A stretch of 64,000 nt of DNA from Bryobacterales bacterium. Lineage in GTDB: Bacteria > Acidobacteriota > Terriglobia > Bryobacterales > UBA6623. Position 1 is the stretch's first letter. Each line of letters starts with the position of its first letter. The translations under genes and the position numbers were made by a program. Location of the stretch: the NCBI GenBank assembly GCA_965205595.1, contig CBDBHI010000021.1:17007-81006 (forward strand), read 5' to 3'. Under the pieces are notes generated by a model. That model ran no database searches. It was not told where the DNA came from and saw only the letters and a program-made list of their open reading frames with translations. Positions 60,001-64,000 of this stretch are shown here, one piece after another.

Positions 60001-60246
60001 CTAACGATGCTGAATAGTCCCTTGGTTATTGAGCAAGCTGACGTCTGGGGCAAGCGCCTAGCGGAGCAGTCGGCGGCCTCCGGATCGAAAATCATCGATA
60101 TGTTTTTGCAGGCCTTGGGACGGGCGCCGACCGCCGAGGAAGCTGACCGCGCGCTCACTTATATGGGCAGCGCCGATGACGCAGGTGCATGGGCGAACCT
60201 GGCGCACTCACTCTTTAATCTCAAGGAATTCATCTACGTCCGGTAG
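57043..60246 (+). CDS. PSCyt1-DUF1549-DUF1553 (planctomycete-type cytochrome c domain) protein
   Basis: 1067 aa. [44 protein letters not shown], and [39 protein letters not shown]. Confidence 0.85.
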   Translation: [1067 protein letters not shown]

Positions 60247-60265
60247 GGCAAGCGTGATTCGCGCC

Positions 60266-60682
60266 ATGGCATCGCCGCGTCCGATCGTCGGCGTCGGAGC
60301 GATCATTTTTCGCGACGACCGTGTGCTGCTCGTCAAGCGAGGCGCGCCACCGCTCAAAGATCACTGGTCGATTCCCGGCGGAAAGGTCGAGCTCGGCGAG
60401 GGGCTTCGCGCGGCAGTCGAGAGAGAGACGCTCGAAGAAACAGGGCTGCGGGTGAAAGCCGGCGCGCTCGTCGAGATATTCGAGCGCATCCGCCGTGACA
60501 GCTCCGATGCTGTCGAATACCATTACGTTTTGATGGACTACATGTGCGAAATCACGGGCGGCGAATTATGCCCCGGTGATGACGCGGCCGACGCCCGCTG
60601 GTATTCAATTGACGAGATGGATGATTTACTAATGACTGAGGGAACAGTCGAAGTCATCCGTAAAGGTCTCGCCTTGCTCTGA
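60266..60682 (+). CDS. NUDIX hydrolase
   Basis: GGKVELGEGLRAAVERETLEETGL is the Nudix box. I prefer the ATG at 60266 (or GTG at 60254) because the listed start at 60176 overlaps the upstream gene. Confidence 0.85.
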   Translation: MASPRPIVGVGAIIFRDDRVLLVKRGAPPLKDHWSIPGGKVELGEGLRAAVERETLEETGLRVKAGALVEIFERIRRDSSDAVEYHYVLMDYMCEITGGELCPGDDAADARWYSIDEMDDLLMTEGTVEVIRKGLALL

Positions 60683-60722
60683 CCCGGCGTCTGACTGATC
60701 GAGTTCTCACCGTAGGGCACCC

Positions 60723-63152
60723 ATGCTTGAGCAAGCTCAGCAGGCTTTGGAATTTGACGGCGTGGTCGCGCTGCTTCGAAGGTACGTCAGCAGTCCGCTC
60801 GGCGGCGCGCGCCTCGATGGCTTACAGGCCAATCCTCGCCTGACATCCGCTGACGCCGCGGCCAATGAACTGGCGGAAGTCGGCGAGGCGATGGACTGGG
60901 TGCGAAGCGCCGCGGGTCCCGATGGCCGCGGTATTTCTCAACCGCCAAAGTTTCGGGGCATCGAAGATATTCGCGCGGCGGTTGACCAGCTTTCTACCGA
61001 GAATGCGCCGCTGGAGGCTGGCGAGATTCGCGATGTGCTCGGCGTTCTTAATCGAGCGGAAGAGATTCGGCGAGTACTTCACATCGAACGTGTGCGCCTG
61101 CCGCTGATGGGCGCGTACGGCGAGCGGCTCGCGGAATTCAAGCCCTTGCTGCGGGAACTTGCGAGGAAGATTTTGCCGAGCGGCGAAATCTCCAGCTCGG
61201 CCAGTTCAGAGCTGTCAAAGATTCGCCGACACATCGAGTCACAGCGACGCAATGTCCAGACGTCACTGGAAAGATTTGTGCGCAAGAACGTCGATGCCGG
61301 CGCGCTGCAAGACGACTACGTAACGATTCGTAACGGGCGCTCGGTGGTGCCGGTTAAGGCGAGCTGGCAGGGCCGCGTTGAAGGCGTCGTTCACGGCGGA
61401 AGCACCAGCGGGCAAACGGTTTTTGTAGAGCCGCTCGACACCATCAAACAGAACAATCAACTCGTTCGCTTGCAGGAGGATGAACAGCGCGAGATCTTTC
61501 GGATCTTGCGCGAGATGACTGATCGCCTGCGCGAAGATGAGCCGGCGATCGCCGAAGCCGCGCTGGTGCTGGGGGACTTGGAGTACGTGTTTGCGCGAGC
61601 ACGCTTCGGCCAGGAATTTCGCTGCTGCTTGCCAACATTCTGCGACGACGCGGAGCCGCGGTTGGTGTTCGAGTGGGCGCGGCATCCGCTATTGCAAGAC
61701 TTGCTCGCGCGGCAAGGCGAGCGACCGGTTCCCATGTCGCTTCGGCTCGAAGGTGGTAGCCGAGCGTTGTTGATTAGCGGGCCGAACGCCGGCGGGAAAA
61801 GCGTTGTTCTGAAAACCGTGGGCGTGCTCTCGATGATGGCTCAGGCGGGCCTGCCGGTCCCCGCGGACGAAGCGCGGCTGCCATGGTTTGAAGATGTCTT
61901 GGCTGACATCGGCGACTCACAGTCGATCGCGGAAAGCTTGAGTACGTTTTCCGCTCATGTCTCCAATTTGAAGTTGATGATCGATCATGCCTCGTCGCGC
62001 AGCTTAGTTCTGCTCGATGAACTGGGGTCGGCGACCGATCCAGAAGAGGGCGGGGCACTGGGAGTGGCCGTCGTCGAACGATTGCTGGATCGGGGGGCGT
62101 TCGTAGCCGTATCGACCCATCTCCCGGCATTGAAGGTTTTTGGGTCGAACGCGAAAGATGTGATCAGCGCGGCCATGGGGTTTGACGAAAAGACCCTCGC
62201 TCCGACGTACAAGCTGTTGATCGGTGTTCCGGGGCAGTCGGCGGGGTTGGCGATGGCGCGGCGCTTTGGGATGCCCGACGAGGTGATCGAACGTGCTCGC
62301 GAAGTCCAGGGCAAATCTTCCGAAGACGCCTCGCGATTCTTAAGCGAGCTTCACCGCCGCGTCGATGAATACGCCGACGACGAGCGGAGGCTGCGCTCGC
62401 GCGAGCTAGCTTTGGTCGCCCGAGAAGAGGAACTAGAGCGTGACGCGAGCGCGAAAGCTAAGCGTGCCAAGGAGCAGGCTCAGCGTCGAGTCGAGGAGCT
62501 GACGCAGGGCTTCGAGCGCCGCTATAGGGAAGCTCTCAAGGAAGCTCTAGAAAACTTGCAGGCCGGGTCAAAATCGACACGCGCCGCCGAGCGATCAGTG
62601 GCCAAGTCGAGAGGGGCACTGCGGCGAGAAATGGAGCAAGTCGTTCGCGCCGAACTCGGCGAAGATGCGTCAGTCGCCGGAGGTTTGGCGGACGAGTTGG
62701 CCGTCGGCACCAGGGTGCGAGTCGGCTCGATGGGCGCTTCAGGAACGATTACGCGCGAGCTCGCCGGCGAGCGCTGGGAAGTGCAGGTTGGTCAGCTCAA
62801 GATGCAGGTGTCCACGGATGATATTAGCTTCGTCGAATCGGAACCAGAACCGAGGTCGAAGCTGCCCGCCGGGGTAAGTTACGAGCCGGCTACGCGCTCA
62901 AGTGTGCTTCCGACGGAGATTAACGTCATCGGCAAGACCGCCGACGAGGCTCGCGATGTGGTCGACAAATACCTCGATGAGGCGGTGCTGGCGGAGATGC
63001 CGCGGGTTCGTGTGATCCACGGATTCGGGCAAAACATTTTGCGCCGCGAGCTATCGAAAATGTTTCGCAGTCACGTTCATGTGGCGAAACATTACGATGC
63101 GGAATCGCACGAAGGTGGGGCCGGCGCGACGATCGTCGAGATACGGACGTAG
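60723..63152 (+). CDS. mutS2: Endonuclease MutS2 (MutS-family ATPase with a C-terminal Smr domain)
   Basis: LISGPNAGGKSVVLKTVG (Walker A), LVLLDELGSATDPEEG, and C-terminal Smr (RVIHGFGQNILRREL). Confidence 0.9.
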   Translation: MLEQAQQALEFDGVVALLRRYVSSPLGGARLDGLQANPRLTSADAAANELAEVGEAMDWVRSAAGPDGRGISQPPKFRGIEDIRAAVDQLSTENAPLEAGEIRDVLGVLNRAEEIRRVLHIERVRLPLMGAYGERLAEFKPLLRELARKILPSGEISSSASSELSKIRRHIESQRRNVQTSLERFVRKNVDAGALQDDYVTIRNGRSVVPVKASWQGRVEGVVHGGSTSGQTVFVEPLDTIKQNNQLVRLQEDEQREIFRILREMTDRLREDEPAIAEAALVLGDLEYVFARARFGQEFRCCLPTFCDDAEPRLVFEWARHPLLQDLLARQGERPVPMSLRLEGGSRALLISGPNAGGKSVVLKTVGVLSMMAQAGLPVPADEARLPWFEDVLADIGDSQSIAESLSTFSAHVSNLKLMIDHASSRSLVLLDELGSATDPEEGGALGVAVVERLLDRGAFVAVSTHLPALKVFGSNAKDVISAAMGFDEKTLAPTYKLLIGVPGQSAGLAMARRFGMPDEVIERAREVQGKSSEDASRFLSELHRRVDEYADDERRLRSRELALVAREEELERDASAKAKRAKEQAQRRVEELTQGFERRYREALKEALENLQAGSKSTRAAERSVAKSRGALRREMEQVVRAELGEDASVAGGLADELAVGTRVRVGSMGASGTITRELAGERWEVQVGQLKMQVSTDDISFVESEPEPRSKLPAGVSYEPATRSSVLPTEINVIGKTADEARDVVDKYLDEAVLAEMPRVRVIHGFGQNILRRELSKMFRSHVHVAKHYDAESHEGGAGATIVEIRT

Positions 63153-63196
63153 CGACCAGGCGGCTAAGCGCCCGATGTTACAATGGGCTTCATTCT

Positions 63197-63580
63197 TTGC
63201 GACGAATTATGCTTCCGAACTTCATATTTTCTGAAACTACGATCGATGCGAACGGCTCCGGTGAGGCGTTTCCAATTGGCGGCTCTAACGGCTTGGTGTT
63301 GCTCACGCTGGGCATCAGCGAGGTCGTCGAACAAGAGAGTCTCGATGTTGCGATCATGGGCTCGGCTGACGGTGCTGAGTGGCTCGAAGAACCGCTTCGT
63401 GAGTTTTCGCAGAAGTTCTATGCGGGCGTCTATCAGGTTCATGTCGACCTAAGCGCGACGCCGGAAGTGGCGCACCTTCGGGTTGACTACAAGGTGGCGC
63501 GCTGGGGAGTTGGGTTCAAAACTCCGAGCTTCAAGTTCTACGTTTTTGCAGAGCCGTTCGCGGAAGCAAAGTCTGCTTAA
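63197..63580 (+). CDS. Hypothetical protein (127 aa)
   Basis: Clean ORF with no recognised motif. An alternative start is at 63209 (MLPNFIF). Confidence 0.4.
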   Translation: MRRIMLPNFIFSETTIDANGSGEAFPIGGSNGLVLLTLGISEVVEQESLDVAIMGSADGAEWLEEPLREFSQKFYAGVYQVHVDLSATPEVAHLRVDYKVARWGVGFKTPSFKFYVFAEPFAEAKSA

Positions 63581-63652
63581 GACTCTTTCGTACCCACCGG
63601 CACCGCGCTCGTCACGTAGTGAAAAATCCGGGTTGGGGCCCTTGGCCTGCGA

Positions 63653-64000
63653 ATGATCAGCCGAGTTCGAAGACCGTTCCGTAAAATTCGAACCTCTCGC
63701 CGGGGTAAACCGCGCTCCCGCTCTTCTCGATTTCTATTCCGAATTGCCAGGCTTGCGCTCGCCGCCGTCGCGGGATTGCTGTTGGCTTGCAGCGTGAATC
63801 TGCTGTATCTGCGGGAATTCAACCCTTGGTTCACCAGCGTACAGGCGCAGCGGCGCATCGAGGCTCTGTTGAGCGGCGCGGATTACAACGCTCACCACGA
63901 GTTCGTTCCGCTCGAGCAGATTCCTCTTCACGTGCAGCGCGCCGTCATCGTAGCTGAAGACGGCGCATTCTATGAGCACGAGGGCATCGATTGGAACGAA
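63653..64000 (+). CDS. Peptidoglycan glycosyltransferase (GT51; MtgA or class A PBP), N-terminal part running off the window
   Basis: Not in the ORF track because it is open-ended. My translation from the ATG at 63653 gives a basic N-terminus, a TM segment (LALAAVAGLLLACSV), then IPLHVQRAVIVAEDGAFYEHEGIDWNE, the GT51 EDxxFxxHxG motif. Confidence 0.75.
   Translation, partial: MISRVRRPFRKIRTSRRGKPRSRSSRFLFRIARLALAAVAGLLLACSVNLLYLREFNPWFTSVQAQRRIEALLSGADYNAHHEFVPLEQIPLHVQRAVIVAEDGAFYEHEGIDWNE

Overview
GC-rich 64-kb window. The gene content suggests an Acidobacteriota- or Planctomycetota-like soil bacterium: a CarboxypepD_reg-type TonB-dependent receptor, a DUF1592-family/DUF1552 pair, a PSCyt-DUF1549-DUF1553 giant protein, Tat-signal sulfatases and FGE-domain proteins. 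This taxon call is inference, not a database result.

The first ~8 kb is a mobile-element hotspot. It holds a partial IS21 (istA runs off the window), an IS630 that splits a caspase-FGE fusion gene, and an rve-type IS that splits a sulfatase gene. It also holds a cluster of 51-nt hairpin repeats at the point where the sulfatase remnant ends.

A second, inverted copy of the rve-type IS lies at 49.7-51.3 kb, inside the 5' end of a multi-TM patatin phospholipase gene. The two IS copies share a ~0.9-kb almost identical block inside otherwise diverged sequence.

A ~182-bp TA-flanked MITE-like element occurs twice in full (21.0 kb, 37.6 kb). It occurs once more as a 37-bp arms-only hairpin wedged exactly between two convergent stop codons (47.0 kb).

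The rest of the window is mostly ordinary chromosomal genes: aroE, plsY, nupC, mutS2, cobA-hemD, dsbD-like, P450, acyl-CoA ligase, sulfatase, DUF72, DUF3179, NUDIX and others. There are several decayed genes: an MCP fragment with an 11-bp tandem duplication, an ABC ATPase stub, a frameshifted CXXCH protein, and an LTXXQ chaperone paralogue with an in-frame TAA.

The best candidate for an undescribed system is the tight minus-strand operon at 47.0-56.2 kb. In transcription order it encodes an SMP-30/lactonase-like protein, a membrane-anchored di-haem c protein, a membrane-anchored catalase-related haemoprotein, and a multi-TM patatin. I read it as a possible lipid-release and lipid-oxidation module.

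I recognised no rRNA genes, tRNA genes or cas genes. All family calls rest on motifs read by eye from the translations. No searches were run.
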